DNA of 64,000 nt from positions 3,275 through 67,274 of the forward strand of contig JAQVZU010000001.1 of NCBI GenBank assembly GCA_028708035.1, read 5' to 3'. A model generated the notes under the pieces. The model was not told the origin of the DNA and made no database searches. It was given only the letters and a program-made list of their open reading frames with translations. This stretch comes from Alphaproteobacteria bacterium (GTDB taxonomy: Bacteria > Pseudomonadota > Alphaproteobacteria > UBA9219). Positions 39,748-50,099 of the stretch are shown one piece after another. How positions within the stretch are numbered: position 1 is the first letter of the stretch; each line of letters starts with the position of its first letter. A program made the translations under genes and the position numbers.

Positions 39748-40581
39748 CTATTCAATATTTATTGCTTGTTTGTGCCGCAGCACGTTTTCGGCTTCCAAAG
39801 TATAAGCGCCATTTGGCGCATGTAAAACAAGCGAATGACCTTCGGCGATGGAATAGGGAAGCCCCTTGCGTGCGCAAAGAATTATCCGTTTAGGTGGAAT
39901 GCCTTTTTTCGGAAGTATCGAGAGAACGCGTACCTCTCCAAAGTCGTTGCCAAGATAATTTAAAATCTCTTCTTTCCGATCGGCGCGGTGAATCAACTTT
40001 AGCGTGCCGCCGTTCTTCAGCGCCTTGTGTGCCGAGGCGATCCAAAGCGCCAGATCGCCTTGTCTTTCAGTGTTTGCGATTGCCTTGGCGTTGTCCGGAG
40101 AAGCGTCGTGGCGGGCGTCTTCGTGGTATGGAGGGTTCATCAGGACGTGGCTGAACTTATCGGCCAACCCTGAAGGCAAAGCCGTTACATCGGCTTGTTT
40201 TACCCTGAGGTTTTTCGCGAATGGGTTGCGGCCAATGTTGCGCATGCAAATTTCGGCGAGATCAGGATTTAATTCAAGCCCCAAGCCCGATATCCCGGGG
40301 ACACGGCACGCGAGGCATAACATCGCTCCGCCCACGCCGCAGCCCAGATCGAGGACGTAATCTTGAGGCTTGGCAGGAACAGCCGCCGCAAGCAAAACGG
40401 TATCGACCGCGACGCGATACCCCGCAGCGGGTTGCTCAAGCTTAACCCGGCGGTCAAGAAGGCCATCAAGGGTAGTGGACGATATAGGCATATCTTGGTT
40501 AATATCCGTTCGGCTCAACAGATTCGCATTTTGACCCATGCTTCGCGTCCTTGTCATCCTTTGTGTTGTTTTCTTTGCCAA
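39748..40581 (-). CDS. N6-adenine-specific RNA methyltransferase (tRNA1Val m6A37 TrmN6/YfiC-like)
   Basis: SAM-binding motif LDLGCGVGG and catalytic NPPY; the true start is probably an internal Met ~10 codons in, which would remove the overlap with the convergent 40538 ORF. Confidence 0.65.
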   Translation of the reverse strand: MAKKTTQRMTRTRSMGQNANLLSRTDINQDMPISSTTLDGLLDRRVKLEQPAAGYRVAVDTVLLAAAVPAKPQDYVLDLGCGVGGAMLCLACRVPGISGLGLELNPDLAEICMRNIGRNPFAKNLRVKQADVTALPSGLADKFSHVLMNPPYHEDARHDASPDNAKAIANTERQGDLALWIASAHKALKNGGTLKLIHRADRKEEILNYLGNDFGEVRVLSILPKKGIPPKRIILCARKGLPYSIAEGHSLVLHAPNGAYTLEAENVLRHKQAINIE

Positions 40582-40816
40582 TCAGGCGCTTGCGGGCGTG
40601 CCCGAGGCCCGCGAAGTGGCCCGGCTCAACAACTGTCCGCCAAAGAAGATCGAAGTATTGCAGAATTACCCCGGCGCATCAGGACGGACGCTTTATCGCG
40701 TCTCGTGCGCTCTTCCCAAGGCGGTTGGAGAGCAACCGGGCGGAGCAGATACCATTTTGATCGAGTGCCAACAATCCTTATGTGCGCTCAAGAGGCCGAT
40801 TGAGGCGGGGAAATAG
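40538..40816 (+). CDS. small secreted cysteine-containing protein (92 aa)
   Basis: Signal peptide MLRVLVILCVVFFANQALA, four Cys in the mature part, no known family. Confidence 0.4.
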   Translation: MLRVLVILCVVFFANQALAGVPEAREVARLNNCPPKKIEVLQNYPGASGRTLYRVSCALPKAVGEQPGGADTILIECQQSLCALKRPIEAGK

Positions 40817-40937
40817 GGATTGTGAGCCGGGGCTTAAGAAGATAAAAACCTTAACTTCCCGGTTTCCAACCCTCTACCCATGCCCCGACTTGTTCGTTAA
40901 AGTCTTGCTGTTCTGATTCTTTTTTAGTTTCTCGTCC

Positions 40938-43364
40938 ATGGCACGTCCTCTTATCCGCTCGCGCAGCCGCAAGTCTCAGGCTTTGCTTCCCCGCTCCCTT
41001 TATGAAGGGCTGGCGCGTTTCGTTCACATGATTTTCGGCGGACTTGTTCTGGGCGCCGCGCTTTGTATCGCGCTGGCTCTGGCGACTTATGCTCCCGGCG
41101 ATCCGTCGTTAAACGCTGCGTTCTCTGTGAGCAATCCGGGAATGGTGCGCAATTTGTGCGGCGTTTGGGGCGCTTATGGTGCGGACGTTCTTTGGCAGCT
41201 TTTCGGGCTTGGAGCTTTCATTCTGCCGTTTGTTATCGGCGCTTGGGGCTGGCGGGTGGCAAAGGACTTGGGCGTCGAGATGTTCTGGTGGCGGGTCCTT
41301 GCGACATTCGGCTCCATGCTTTCGGCAAGTATCGCTCTTTCGGGCATGAGGCTTCCGGCGCTTAAAGGGCTGCGGCTTGAGGGCGCGCTTGGGAAGATTA
41401 TCGAGCGCGGAGCATCGGAGTTACTTTACTTTTCGTGGGCACATATTGCCGTGGCGCTGTTGTTTTCGATTCTTACGATTCTTGCGGTTTATCTCTCCTG
41501 CGCGTTGACGCCCGAAGAGTGGATCTTCCTCGGGCAGACTCTCCGGTCGTTTGCGGCGGCGGTTGCCGAGCAGACGCATAAGTTACTGAATGGACTATGG
41601 GGATTGGCGCGCGGGCAGCGCGATGAGAACCCGTTGGACGACCTGGAGGGCGACGAAGAGGAAAGCGGAGAAACAGGCGAAGAAGAAAGTGAGAAAGAGG
41701 CCGAAGGCGAGGGCAAAGGCAAGAAAGAAGCCGAAGGCGGTGAAGAGGCTAATGAGGAGAAAAAGCCCAAGGAAAAGAAGCCGATCGTCAAGCGCCCGGC
41801 GGTTACCGCACGACAGCCTCGTTTGGCTTTGGACGTTACCATGGATTATCCGCTGCCGCCGCTGGATTTCCTGCGCTGGCCCGAGAAAGGCAACCAGCAG
41901 GAGCTGATTTCCGAGGAAATTCTGGAGAAGAACGCAAAGCTTCTTGAGAATGTTTTGGAGGATTTTGGCGTCCACGGCCAGATTCTGAAGGTAAGCCCGG
42001 GGCCGGTCGTGACTCTCTATGAACTTGAACCTTCCCCCGGAACGCGGGCGGCGCGAGTTATTTCTCTGGCCGACGACATCGCGCGGAACATGAGTGCGAT
42101 TTCGGTGCGCGTCGCGATCATGCCGGGGCGCAATGTGATCGGCATCGAGTTGCCCAACACGAAGCGCGAAACGGTTTATTTGCGCGAGCTTTTAAGCGCT
42201 CCCGCGTACCATGAAACCAAGGCGGTCTTGCCTCTGGTGTTGGGCAAGGATATCGCGGGCGGTCCGGTGATCGCGGACTTGAGCAAGATGCCGCATTTGC
42301 TGATTGCGGGCACGACGGGTTCAGGCAAGTCGGTCGCGATCAATACGATGATTCTGTCCTTGCTTTATCACCATCCGCCGCAGAAGTGCCGCTTTATCAT
42401 GATCGACCCGAAAATGCTCGAACTTTCGGTTTATGAGGGAATACCGCATTTGCTGGCTCCTGTCGTGACCGAGCCGAAAAAAGCTATTTTGGCGCTGCGC
42501 TGGACGGTCAGGGAAATGGAAGAGCGTTACCGCGCGATGTCGAAGCTGGGCGTGCGCAATATCGACGGATACAACGTGCGGCTGCGGCAAGCCTCGAAAA
42601 ACGGCGAGAATCTGATGCGCACAGTACAGACCGGCTTCGACCGCGAAACGGGCAAGCCGATTTACGAAGAGCAGCCTTTGGATCTGACCGAATTGCCTTT
42701 TATTGTGGTGATCGTTGACGAAATGGCCGATCTGATGATGGTCGCGGGGAAAGAAATCGAAGCGGCTATTCAACGCTTGGCGCAAATGGCGCGCGCGGCG
42801 GGCATTCATATTATCATGGCGACGCAACGGCCTTCGGTCGATGTCGTCACCGGCACCATTAAGGCGAACTTCCCGACGCGCATCAGCTTTCAGGTTTCCT
42901 CGAAGATCGACAGCCGCACCATTCTGGGCGAGCAAGGGGCAGAGCAGCTTCTCGGGCAAGGCGACATGCTTTACATGGCCGGGGGCGGGCGCATCACACG
43001 CGTCCATGGGCCGCTGGTGCGAGACGACGAGGTTGAGCAGATCGTCAAGTTCCTTAAGGCGCAAGGCGAGCCTGAGTATCTGGACGAAGTCACGGAAGAC
43101 GACGGAAGCGCGATTGGTGAAAGCGGCGCAATGGGCGATTCATTTGGCGGCGAAAGCTCGGGCGACGGTCTTTACGACAAGGCCGTCGATGTCGTTTTGC
43201 GCGAGCGCAAGGCATCGACCAGCTTTATCCAAAGGCAGTTGCAGATCGGCTACAACAAGGCCGCCACTCTGGTCGAGCGTATGGAGAAGGACGGCTTGAT
43301 CGGTCCCGCCTCGGCAACAGGCAAACGCGAGATATTCGGGCGGAATCTTAAAGAGGATGAATAG
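40938..43364 (+). CDS. ftsK: DNA translocase FtsK
   Basis: N-terminal 4-TM domain, acidic/lysine-rich linker, C-terminal motor with Walker A GTTGSGKSV and gamma (winged-helix KOPS-binding) domain. Confidence 0.95.
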   Translation: MARPLIRSRSRKSQALLPRSLYEGLARFVHMIFGGLVLGAALCIALALATYAPGDPSLNAAFSVSNPGMVRNLCGVWGAYGADVLWQLFGLGAFILPFVIGAWGWRVAKDLGVEMFWWRVLATFGSMLSASIALSGMRLPALKGLRLEGALGKIIERGASELLYFSWAHIAVALLFSILTILAVYLSCALTPEEWIFLGQTLRSFAAAVAEQTHKLLNGLWGLARGQRDENPLDDLEGDEEESGETGEEESEKEAEGEGKGKKEAEGGEEANEEKKPKEKKPIVKRPAVTARQPRLALDVTMDYPLPPLDFLRWPEKGNQQELISEEILEKNAKLLENVLEDFGVHGQILKVSPGPVVTLYELEPSPGTRAARVISLADDIARNMSAISVRVAIMPGRNVIGIELPNTKRETVYLRELLSAPAYHETKAVLPLVLGKDIAGGPVIADLSKMPHLLIAGTTGSGKSVAINTMILSLLYHHPPQKCRFIMIDPKMLELSVYEGIPHLLAPVVTEPKKAILALRWTVREMEERYRAMSKLGVRNIDGYNVRLRQASKNGENLMRTVQTGFDRETGKPIYEEQPLDLTELPFIVVIVDEMADLMMVAGKEIEAAIQRLAQMARAAGIHIIMATQRPSVDVVTGTIKANFPTRISFQVSSKIDSRTILGEQGAEQLLGQGDMLYMAGGGRITRVHGPLVRDDEVEQIVKFLKAQGEPEYLDEVTEDDGSAIGESGAMGDSFGGESSGDGLYDKAVDVVLRERKASTSFIQRQLQIGYNKAATLVERMEKDGLIGPASATGKREIFGRNLKEDE

Positions 43365-43372
43365 GGCGGGGC

Positions 43373-44389
43373 ATGGCGAGAAAACCGGAAATCCAGAAGG
43401 CTGGAGTGTGGGCGATTGTTAAGGGCCATATCGAGATTTGCCGGTTCGATCACTGGATTAAGAACATTTTCGTCGTGCCAGGTACGCTTGTGGCGCTTGC
43501 CTTTTGGCCGCAGCCTGTTGGGTGGGGGCTTGTCGAACGGTTTGCCGTGGGGCTTCTGGCGGTGGGACTGATCTCGTCCAGCAATTATGTCCTCAACGAG
43601 GTTTTGGACGCGCCGTTTGATCTCAAACATCCGCAAAAGCGCAATCGCGCGGTGCCTTCGGGGCGCGTGATCGTGCCGGTCGCTTACGCTCAGTGGATCG
43701 TGCTTATGGTTCTTGGGATGAGTGTCGCCTTATCGATCTCCCGTCCCTTTGCGGCAAGCGCCGCCGCCCTATGGGCAATGGGGTGTTTGTACAATATCCG
43801 TCCCATCCGGTTGAAAGACGTTCCCTACCTGGATGTCATAAGCGAATCGGTCAACAATCCGCTGCGGATGTTGGCCGGATGGACCATTGTTAACCCCGAT
43901 GTGTTTCCATCAGCCAATCTTTTGCTGAGTTATTGGATGCTCGGCGGGTATTTGATGACGCTAAAAAGGTTCGCCGAGTACCGCGACATCGCAAATCATA
44001 TGGTTGCGGGTGATTACCGGAAGTCTTTCAGATTCTACAGCGAGAACAGGCTGCTGGTTTCGACGATGTTCTATGCATCCGCATCAATGCTTTTCTTGGG
44101 CGCGTTTATCATGCGCTACAAGATGGAACTGATTTTTTCTTTCCCGTTTGTCGCTTGGGTGATGGCTCTATACATGAATCTGGCGTTCAAGAAGGACAGC
44201 GCCGTTCAAGCCCCCGAGAAACTGTACCGCGAAAAAGGACTTATGGTTTCGGTCGGCGTGTGTTCGGTAGTAATGGTCGCTCTGTTCTTCATCAAAATTC
44301 CCGGAATGGCGGCGTTCTTCGCGCCAACGATGCCGATTGCCGATTCCGCAAGCCAAACCTATGCGGAAGCAGTGAGTAACGCATTTTGA
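43373..44389 (+). CDS. UbiA-family aromatic/decaprenyl-phosphate prenyltransferase
   Basis: 338 aa, ~8-9 TM helices, Asp-rich NxxxDxxxD-like motif (NEVLDAPFD) and a second YxxxD motif. Confidence 0.65.
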   Translation: MARKPEIQKAGVWAIVKGHIEICRFDHWIKNIFVVPGTLVALAFWPQPVGWGLVERFAVGLLAVGLISSSNYVLNEVLDAPFDLKHPQKRNRAVPSGRVIVPVAYAQWIVLMVLGMSVALSISRPFAASAAALWAMGCLYNIRPIRLKDVPYLDVISESVNNPLRMLAGWTIVNPDVFPSANLLLSYWMLGGYLMTLKRFAEYRDIANHMVAGDYRKSFRFYSENRLLVSTMFYASASMLFLGAFIMRYKMELIFSFPFVAWVMALYMNLAFKKDSAVQAPEKLYREKGLMVSVGVCSVVMVALFFIKIPGMAAFFAPTMPIADSASQTYAEAVSNAF

Positions 44390-44408
44390 CAGAGATGCTG
44401 TAGACGTT

Positions 44409-45590
44409 TCAGCCCGCAGTCGAGTCGCGTTTGACGGTCAATCTTTCTGCGCCCACAATGCAGGAACGGCCCGCTTTTTTGGCTTCATAAAGCCGTTGGT
44501 CGGCTATCTGAATCAGCGCATTTGCATCGTTGATCGTTTCGTTCAAGCGTTCAGAAATGCCGACACTGAAAGTTTGCGGCGTTCCATCAGGAAGCTTGCC
44601 GAACCCTGTTTCAGCGATACGCTGCATTGTGCGCGCTGCATTTTGGAGGTTGGCGTCGGGGAGAACCACCAAAAATTCTTCGCCGCCCCATCGGATAATC
44701 GGGTCGCTTTTACGCAGGCTGTTCTTCATGGCCGTGGCCGTTTGGGCAAGCACTTTATCGCCAATCTCATGCCCGAATTTGTCGTTAACCTGCTTGAAAT
44801 TGTCGAGGTCCACAAAAGCGACCGCCAGGTTGGATTTCTTCCTGACAGAATAATTCCAAAGGATTTTAAAGATTTCTTCCCCGCTGCGGCGTCCGAGGCA
44901 GTTTGTCAACAGGTCGTAAGCCGAATATGAAACAAGCTCGACCAGCGTTCGCAACTGGCTTATGCAGATGACCATGGACATCAGCGCGATGAGAACAATC
45001 ACCCAGAGCATGCCGAAGTCAGGCGACCAAAGGCCCTCGTCAGGCGGCGGCGTCGTCAGGTAATAGGCGGTCAAAAAAGGCATGGCGATTGTTGCGGATT
45101 CGATAATCGTCAGAGGGAAGAAGCCAATGCCAGCGAGAATCACAAGAGGGAATAGGAAATATGTGCTTGCAACGGCTTCGGCAAATGGCATTGGAGCGAA
45201 AAGCGGTTCGGGAAGCCTTACGCAGTACACATAAAAGAGCGTCGGAATGACGAAAATGACGCCCAGACCGAGATAAAGACGCCATAACTTATCAACACTT
45301 TTTCCGAATAGGCGATTTTCGAATACAAGGAGGCCTATCAGCGAAAAGCCCACAAGCACGCGCGCGGACAAAAGAGATAACCAAAGCTTATGAGAAAAAA
45401 CATGGACTTCAAGCGCGCTCCATGCGGGGATGCCTATGGCCATCGCTCCCATCAGAAAACGAAGGCGCGATTGAATCACGGCAATCCGCCTCTGTTGCAG
45501 CGGAAGGGATAACGCGCTCGGAAATACGTAAATATCCTGCTTAAGCGCTGCATGAAAAAAAGTTGAAATAAGTTTTTTCACGATAGACAC
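44409..45590 (-). CDS. membrane-anchored diguanylate cyclase (GGDEF domain, GGEEF active site)
   Basis: N-terminal ~6 TM sensor domain; C-terminal GGDEF with RWGGEEF and RxxD I-site-like motif. Confidence 0.8.
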   Translation of the reverse strand: MSIVKKLISTFFHAALKQDIYVFPSALSLPLQQRRIAVIQSRLRFLMGAMAIGIPAWSALEVHVFSHKLWLSLLSARVLVGFSLIGLLVFENRLFGKSVDKLWRLYLGLGVIFVIPTLFYVYCVRLPEPLFAPMPFAEAVASTYFLFPLVILAGIGFFPLTIIESATIAMPFLTAYYLTTPPPDEGLWSPDFGMLWVIVLIALMSMVICISQLRTLVELVSYSAYDLLTNCLGRRSGEEIFKILWNYSVRKKSNLAVAFVDLDNFKQVNDKFGHEIGDKVLAQTATAMKNSLRKSDPIIRWGGEEFLVVLPDANLQNAARTMQRIAETGFGKLPDGTPQTFSVGISERLNETINDANALIQIADQRLYEAKKAGRSCIVGAERLTVKRDSTAG

Positions 45591-45646
45591 AAAATCTATT
45601 ATAGGAAGTTTGTCATTAAGCCGACGAAATATTAAAATTTAATTAT

Positions 45647-46621
45647 CTAATGCGCTCCGAGCCACGCGGCGAGAGGTTTCCAGACTTGAGAAATGGCGTT
45701 GGGGCTCGACATGATGCCGATATGACCCAGCATCGGTTTTTGACAGACGGCTTTGGGTAGCGCTTGCGCTAGAGGCATTGCCGATTGCGGCGGAACGATC
45801 CGGTCTTTGCCGGGGACGACGGCATAGGCGGGAATCATGATCTTGCGCGGGTCGATAAATTGTCCCCCGATGCGCCAAAAGCCCCGCTGCATTGCATTGC
45901 GCGCGCACCAATCGCCGTAGCATTCGCGCGCCGCAGGGGCGGTGAGCGGAACGCCGTCGTTAAGCCAGTCTTCCGTCAGAACGAAGCGCGCCGCTTGCGG
46001 GCTTGATTGATCGTAGCCTGCGAAAGCTGTGAATTTGTGAAAGGCATGCATCGGCTGGAAGGCCGTAAAGGCACCTTGGACAACTTCGACCGGAAGGTAT
46101 TCTTCGCCTTTAAGCCAAACGCCAAGTTTTTCTTCCAGTATCGCGCCGTTTTGGCCAGCAGCTCCGTATCCCGCATGGAAATCCCATGGCGTCGCAAGCA
46201 GAACGAGGCTTCGAACGCGAGTAGGCTCCAGTTGGGCTAATGCCAGCGCCAAAGCGCCGCCCATACAATAGCCAATGACATGCGCTGGCTTTTCAGCGGC
46301 GGCGATCCCGAGCGCGGGAATGAGTCGCTTCATGACGTAATCGTCGAGCCCGAAGGCTTTTTCTTCCTCGCTGGGGGCATCCCAGTCCATAACCAATGGG
46401 CGCAGTCCTTGCGCAGCTAAAAAACGGATCAGAGAATGCTGGGGTTCGAGATCGAGAATCCAAAAGCGGTTGATGAGCGATGGTACGATAAGCACCGGCT
46501 GCGCATCGGTGTCATGAGGGGCATAATCCCTCAGGCATGTCGAACCAGAGCGCCAGATGACCGGCGCGGATTCGGCTCCTCGGCGTACGGGATGATTGCG
46601 ATAGAGATTGATGCCATCCAT
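45647..46621 (-). CDS. phaC: class III-type poly(3-hydroxyalkanoate) synthase PhaC-like alpha/beta hydrolase (start codon uncertain; homology suggests the protein begins near 46690)
   Basis: GYCMGG lipase box with catalytic Cys, conserved Asp and His downstream, and colinearity with Allochromatium PhaC as recalled from memory (PLLIV...LIDW...LDDY). The upstream 300 nt of the long ORF overlaps a better gene in another frame. Confidence 0.55.
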   Translation of the reverse strand: MDGINLYRNHPVRRGAESAPVIWRSGSTCLRDYAPHDTDAQPVLIVPSLINRFWILDLEPQHSLIRFLAAQGLRPLVMDWDAPSEEEKAFGLDDYVMKRLIPALGIAAAEKPAHVIGYCMGGALALALAQLEPTRVRSLVLLATPWDFHAGYGAAGQNGAILEEKLGVWLKGEEYLPVEVVQGAFTAFQPMHAFHKFTAFAGYDQSSPQAARFVLTEDWLNDGVPLTAPAARECYGDWCARNAMQRGFWRIGGQFIDPRKIMIPAYAVVPGKDRIVPPQSAMPLAQALPKAVCQKPMLGHIGIMSSPNAISQVWKPLAAWLGAH

Positions 46622-46691
46622 AAAAGTCCTCGCCCGGAGCAATATTTCCCGGGTCAGGTATGGCGTCAGGTCGGCGTGCGCGGCGCTGAGT

Positions 46692-47102
46692 TCACCGAGC
46701 CGCGCTAGCGAGCTGGAGTTCGAGCTGCGCGACACGTTTTTCAAGCTCGGCCAGACGGAGGGCAAGCTGAGCAACGCGGAGAGGGTCGTCAATAAGTGTA
46801 GCGCCGCCCGATGCCGTTGCAGCGGGCGCGGCTGCATCGGTTGGATCTGTTGTGGCAGGCTCTTTTGCGGCTGCATCCGTTGCAGGGGGGGGCGTTTCTT
46901 CGGCGCGGCTTGGGTCACTATTGCCTCCTCGCATCATAGCTGCCCAATCGGCGAACAGCCGACGCTGAGGCTCAAGAAAGCGCGTCAGTTCCGCGCGCGC
47001 ATTCGGATCGTTGGCAAAATTCGACAAATGCTCTTGCCACATGTCACAGGCTTCCATCGCCAGAGCATTTAGGTCGGTCAGATCGGGCTTCTTGTCTGTC
47101 AT
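46692..47102 (-). CDS. hypothetical coiled-coil protein (136 aa), possible PHA synthase partner/phasin-like
   Basis: Ends exactly where the PhaC homology begins; Pro/Ala/Thr-rich linker and C-terminal leucine-zipper-like coiled coil. Confidence 0.4.
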   Translation of the reverse strand: MTDKKPDLTDLNALAMEACDMWQEHLSNFANDPNARAELTRFLEPQRRLFADWAAMMRGGNSDPSRAEETPPPATDAAAKEPATTDPTDAAAPAATASGGATLIDDPLRVAQLALRLAELEKRVAQLELQLASAAR

Positions 47103-47186
47103 GTTTCGGATTGAAGCACAGAAAAGCCCAGTCGAAAAGAGGGTTTGGAGGGGCAGGACTTAAAATCAGGTGAAGAGGCGCGGTTT

Positions 47187-47813
47187 TTAGCGGCTGCTCT
47201 TTTTAAGCTGGTAGGTGCCCATAAGGCTCGTTTCGGCAAGGATGTGGCCCCACATCGCGTCTTCGATCTCTTTCTTTTGAGGCGGCTTTTTCTTGTCGAC
47301 GTTAAGCGTTGCAACATCGAGCGCATAGAGCTTGAAGAAGTACCGGTGCGTGCCAATGGGCGGGTGCGGCCCCCCATAGCCTATCTGGTTCCAGCCGTTG
47401 AAGCCTTGCCGCACGGGGGCGAGAAGCCTAACGCCTTCGGGAAACCCTCTTACAGTCGCGGGGATGTCGAAAACAACCCAGTGAACGAACGTTTTTTCAG
47501 GGTGGGCCGGATCGGGGGCGTCGGGGTCTTCAACAATAAGCGCAAAGCTTTTTGTATCCTCCGGAAGGTCATACCAGGCCAGGGGCGGCGAAATGTCTTG
47601 CCCGCGATTGATGTCGCTGCCTTGAAATGTGTAACGGACAGGGATTTCTGCGCCATTCTTAAAGGCCGGGGATTCAAGCTTCATTTTTAGCTCCGCCGAT
47701 CTGATGGGGCGCACGGGGCCCAAGGATTTAACATCAATCATTTGTGCATTAGCCGTCTCGCTTAACGGCAGAAATGCCACGCACAGGGCTGTAAAGACAA
47801 CTGGTAGGCGCAC
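47187..47813 (-). CDS. YbhB/YbcL-family phosphatidylethanolamine-binding protein (PEBP/RKIP-like), secreted
   Basis: Signal peptide; PEBP signature ...DPDAP...GPHPPIGTHRYFFKLYALD. Confidence 0.75.
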   Translation of the reverse strand: MRLPVVFTALCVAFLPLSETANAQMIDVKSLGPVRPIRSAELKMKLESPAFKNGAEIPVRYTFQGSDINRGQDISPPLAWYDLPEDTKSFALIVEDPDAPDPAHPEKTFVHWVVFDIPATVRGFPEGVRLLAPVRQGFNGWNQIGYGGPHPPIGTHRYFFKLYALDVATLNVDKKKPPQKKEIEDAMWGHILAETSLMGTYQLKKSSR

Positions 47814-47987
47814 GATAATGCCAGTCCCGACTAGGTTAACCCAACGTAAACGATAATGCTAGCAGCCCTAGTGTAAAAAAGCCACTAACCAAAAGCACTC
47901 CTCAATTACTATTGGCCGCAGGCGTAATCCATGATTTTCTTTTGTTTTGGATGTTTTTTTGGCAAATAAGATCCGCGCTTTAGTTAA

Positions 47988-49418
47988 ATGGGGACAAAAA
48001 TGGCCAAGAAAGATGCAACTTCGGGCAGCGGCAACGCGAATCCTATGTGGGGAGGGCATTATGCAGCCGGACCCTCGGTAATCATGGCTGAAATTAACGC
48101 TTCCATCGATGTGGACAAGCGCCTTTATGCCCATGATATCCGCGCTTCTAAAGCGCATGCGGAGATGCTCGGCAGGCAGGGCGTCCTTTCGGGCAAAGAT
48201 GTCAAGGCGATTACACGGGGGCTTGACGCCATACAGAAGGAAATCGAGGACGGAACATTCGTATTTTCCTCGGCTCTTGAAGACGTTCACATGAATATCG
48301 AGGCCAGCCTTAAGGAAAAAATCGGCGATGCAGCCGGAAGGCTTCATACTGCAAGGTCGCGAAACGATCAGGTTGCGACGGATTTTAGGCTATGGCTGCG
48401 CGACGCTCTTGATGGACTGGATGAAAGCATAAAGGACGTGCAGGCCGCGCTTCTGGATAAGGCTGACGAACATGCCAGCTTGACGATGCCTGGGTTTACC
48501 CATTTGCAGCCTGCGCAACCTATTACATTCGGGCATCATCTGATGGCGTATGTCGAGATGATCGGGCGCGATCGCGCGAGGATGCGCGATTGTCGCGCGC
48601 GCGTTAACGAGATGCCGTTAGGCGCAGCCGCGCTTGCGGGAACGTCATTCCCTATCGACAGGGCCAGCGTTGCGAAAGAACTTGGGTTTGAAAAGCCCAT
48701 GGAAAATTCGTTGGACGCCGTGTCTTCGCGCGATTTTGCGCTTGAATTTTTGGCGGCGGCCACTGTTCTGGGCGTGCACCTTTCTCGATTGGCCGAAGAG
48801 ATCGTGATTTGGGCAAGTCCTTCGTTCGGATTCATCAAGCTTAGCGAAGCGTTTACGTCGGGCAGTTCGATCATGCCTCAGAAACGCAACCCCGATGCGG
48901 CGGAACTCGTCAGAGCCAAGACAGGGCGGCTTTTGGGAGCTTTCTCGGCGTTGACGGTCATCATGAAGGGGCTGCCGCTTGCTTACGCCAAGGATCTTCA
49001 GGAGGACAAGGAACAAGTTTTCGATGCTGCGGACACCTTGAGGCTTTCTTTGGCCGCCGCTGCAGGCATGGTACGCGATATGCAACCGCAGGAAGACGCG
49101 CTGAAAAAAGCTCTTGGCGTCGGATTTATCACGGCCACGGATTTAGCCGACTGGCTGGTTCGCGAAGCGAATGTGCCATTTCGCGATGCGCACCGGATTA
49201 CGGGCAGAATCGTTCGACTGGCTGAGACCAAAGGGTGCAGGCTCGATCAACTGAGTCTTGAAGAAATGCGAAGCGTAGAAAAGAGCATTACGGAGGCTGT
49301 TTTTGGCATTCTGGATCCTGTACAGGCCACGGCAAGCCGAAAAAGCGCCGGAGGAACCGCGCCATCCAATGTCAAACATGCGGTCAAGAAGGCAAGGAAA
49401 AGGTTTTTAAGCGCTTAA
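47988..49418 (+). CDS. argH: argininosuccinate lyase
   Basis: Fumarase/aspartase family signature [12 protein letters not shown]; length ~460 aa from the probable Met at 48002. Confidence 0.95.
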   Translation: MGTKMAKKDATSGSGNANPMWGGHYAAGPSVIMAEINASIDVDKRLYAHDIRASKAHAEMLGRQGVLSGKDVKAITRGLDAIQKEIEDGTFVFSSALEDVHMNIEASLKEKIGDAAGRLHTARSRNDQVATDFRLWLRDALDGLDESIKDVQAALLDKADEHASLTMPGFTHLQPAQPITFGHHLMAYVEMIGRDRARMRDCRARVNEMPLGAAALAGTSFPIDRASVAKELGFEKPMENSLDAVSSRDFALEFLAAATVLGVHLSRLAEEIVIWASPSFGFIKLSEAFTSGSSIMPQKRNPDAAELVRAKTGRLLGAFSALTVIMKGLPLAYAKDLQEDKEQVFDAADTLRLSLAAAAGMVRDMQPQEDALKKALGVGFITATDLADWLVREANVPFRDAHRITGRIVRLAETKGCRLDQLSLEEMRSVEKSITEAVFGILDPVQATASRKSAGGTAPSNVKHAVKKARKRFLSA

Positions 49419-49440
49419 AAAGACGCTATAAGCCCTCACT

Positions 49441-50091
49441 ATGGAAACGACTTTACACAAAAACTCCTTGGTTGCTCCGGTTAATGAGATTGTCGACGAA
49501 GCCCGGCAGGGACGCATGTTCATTCTGGCGGACGACGAGGATCGCGAGAATGAAGGCGACCTCGTGATTGCGGCGGAGTTCGTTACACCGGAAGCTATCA
49601 ACTTTATGGCGCACTTCGGATGCGGGTTGGTTTGCCTTGCTATGGCGCCGCAGCTTGTGGACAGGCTTGGGCTACCGATGATGACCCCAAACAACGGGTC
49701 CCGGTTCGGGACAGGCTTTACGATTTCGATCGAGGCGCGTGAGGGCATTACAACGGGCATTTCGGCGGCGGATCGGGCGCATACGATCAAAACTGCTGTT
49801 GATTTGAACAAGGGGGCCAATGATATTGTCAGTCCTGGCCATGTGTTTCCATTAAGGGCCAATCCGAATGGCGTTATGGCCCGGCGAGGGCAGACGGAAG
49901 GTTCTGTCGATATTATGAGGCTTGCGGGGTTGATTGAGGCTGCCGTGATTTGCGAGGTCATGAACGATGACGGCACCATGGCGCGAATGCCCCAACTCGC
50001 GCGGTTCGCACACAAGCACGGGATCAAGATCGGAACCGTCGCCGACATAGTCCGGCACAGAGAAGCAAGCGAACAGCGCGCCATTGCATAG
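49441..50091 (+). CDS. ribB: 3,4-dihydroxy-2-butanone 4-phosphate synthase (monofunctional RibB)
   Basis: DDEDRENEGDL motif; 216 aa with no GTP cyclohydrolase II domain attached. Confidence 0.9.
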   Translation: METTLHKNSLVAPVNEIVDEARQGRMFILADDEDRENEGDLVIAAEFVTPEAINFMAHFGCGLVCLAMAPQLVDRLGLPMMTPNNGSRFGTGFTISIEAREGITTGISAADRAHTIKTAVDLNKGANDIVSPGHVFPLRANPNGVMARRGQTEGSVDIMRLAGLIEAAVICEVMNDDGTMARMPQLARFAHKHGIKIGTVADIVRHREASEQRAIA

Positions 50092-50099
50092 GAGCTGTT

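Noticed and set aside
41620-41800. Repetitive-looking GAAGAnGA / AAGAAAGA-rich DNA that could be mistaken for a tandem repeat or CRISPR-like array
   Set aside because: It encodes the acidic/lysine-rich low-complexity linker of FtsK (DDLEGDEEESGETGEEESEKEAEGEGKGKKEAEGGEEANEEKKPKEKK). There are no regular spacer-repeat units.
42321-43064. 247-aa ORF on the minus strand
   Set aside because: Antisense to the ftsK motor domain; shadow ORF.
45647-46918. Full 423-aa version of the PhaC-like ORF starting at 46918
   Set aside because: Its first ~76 codons overlap the 136-aa coiled-coil gene in another frame and translate to Pro/Gln/Ser-rich nonsense; the real start must be downstream (46621 or a non-ATG near 46690).
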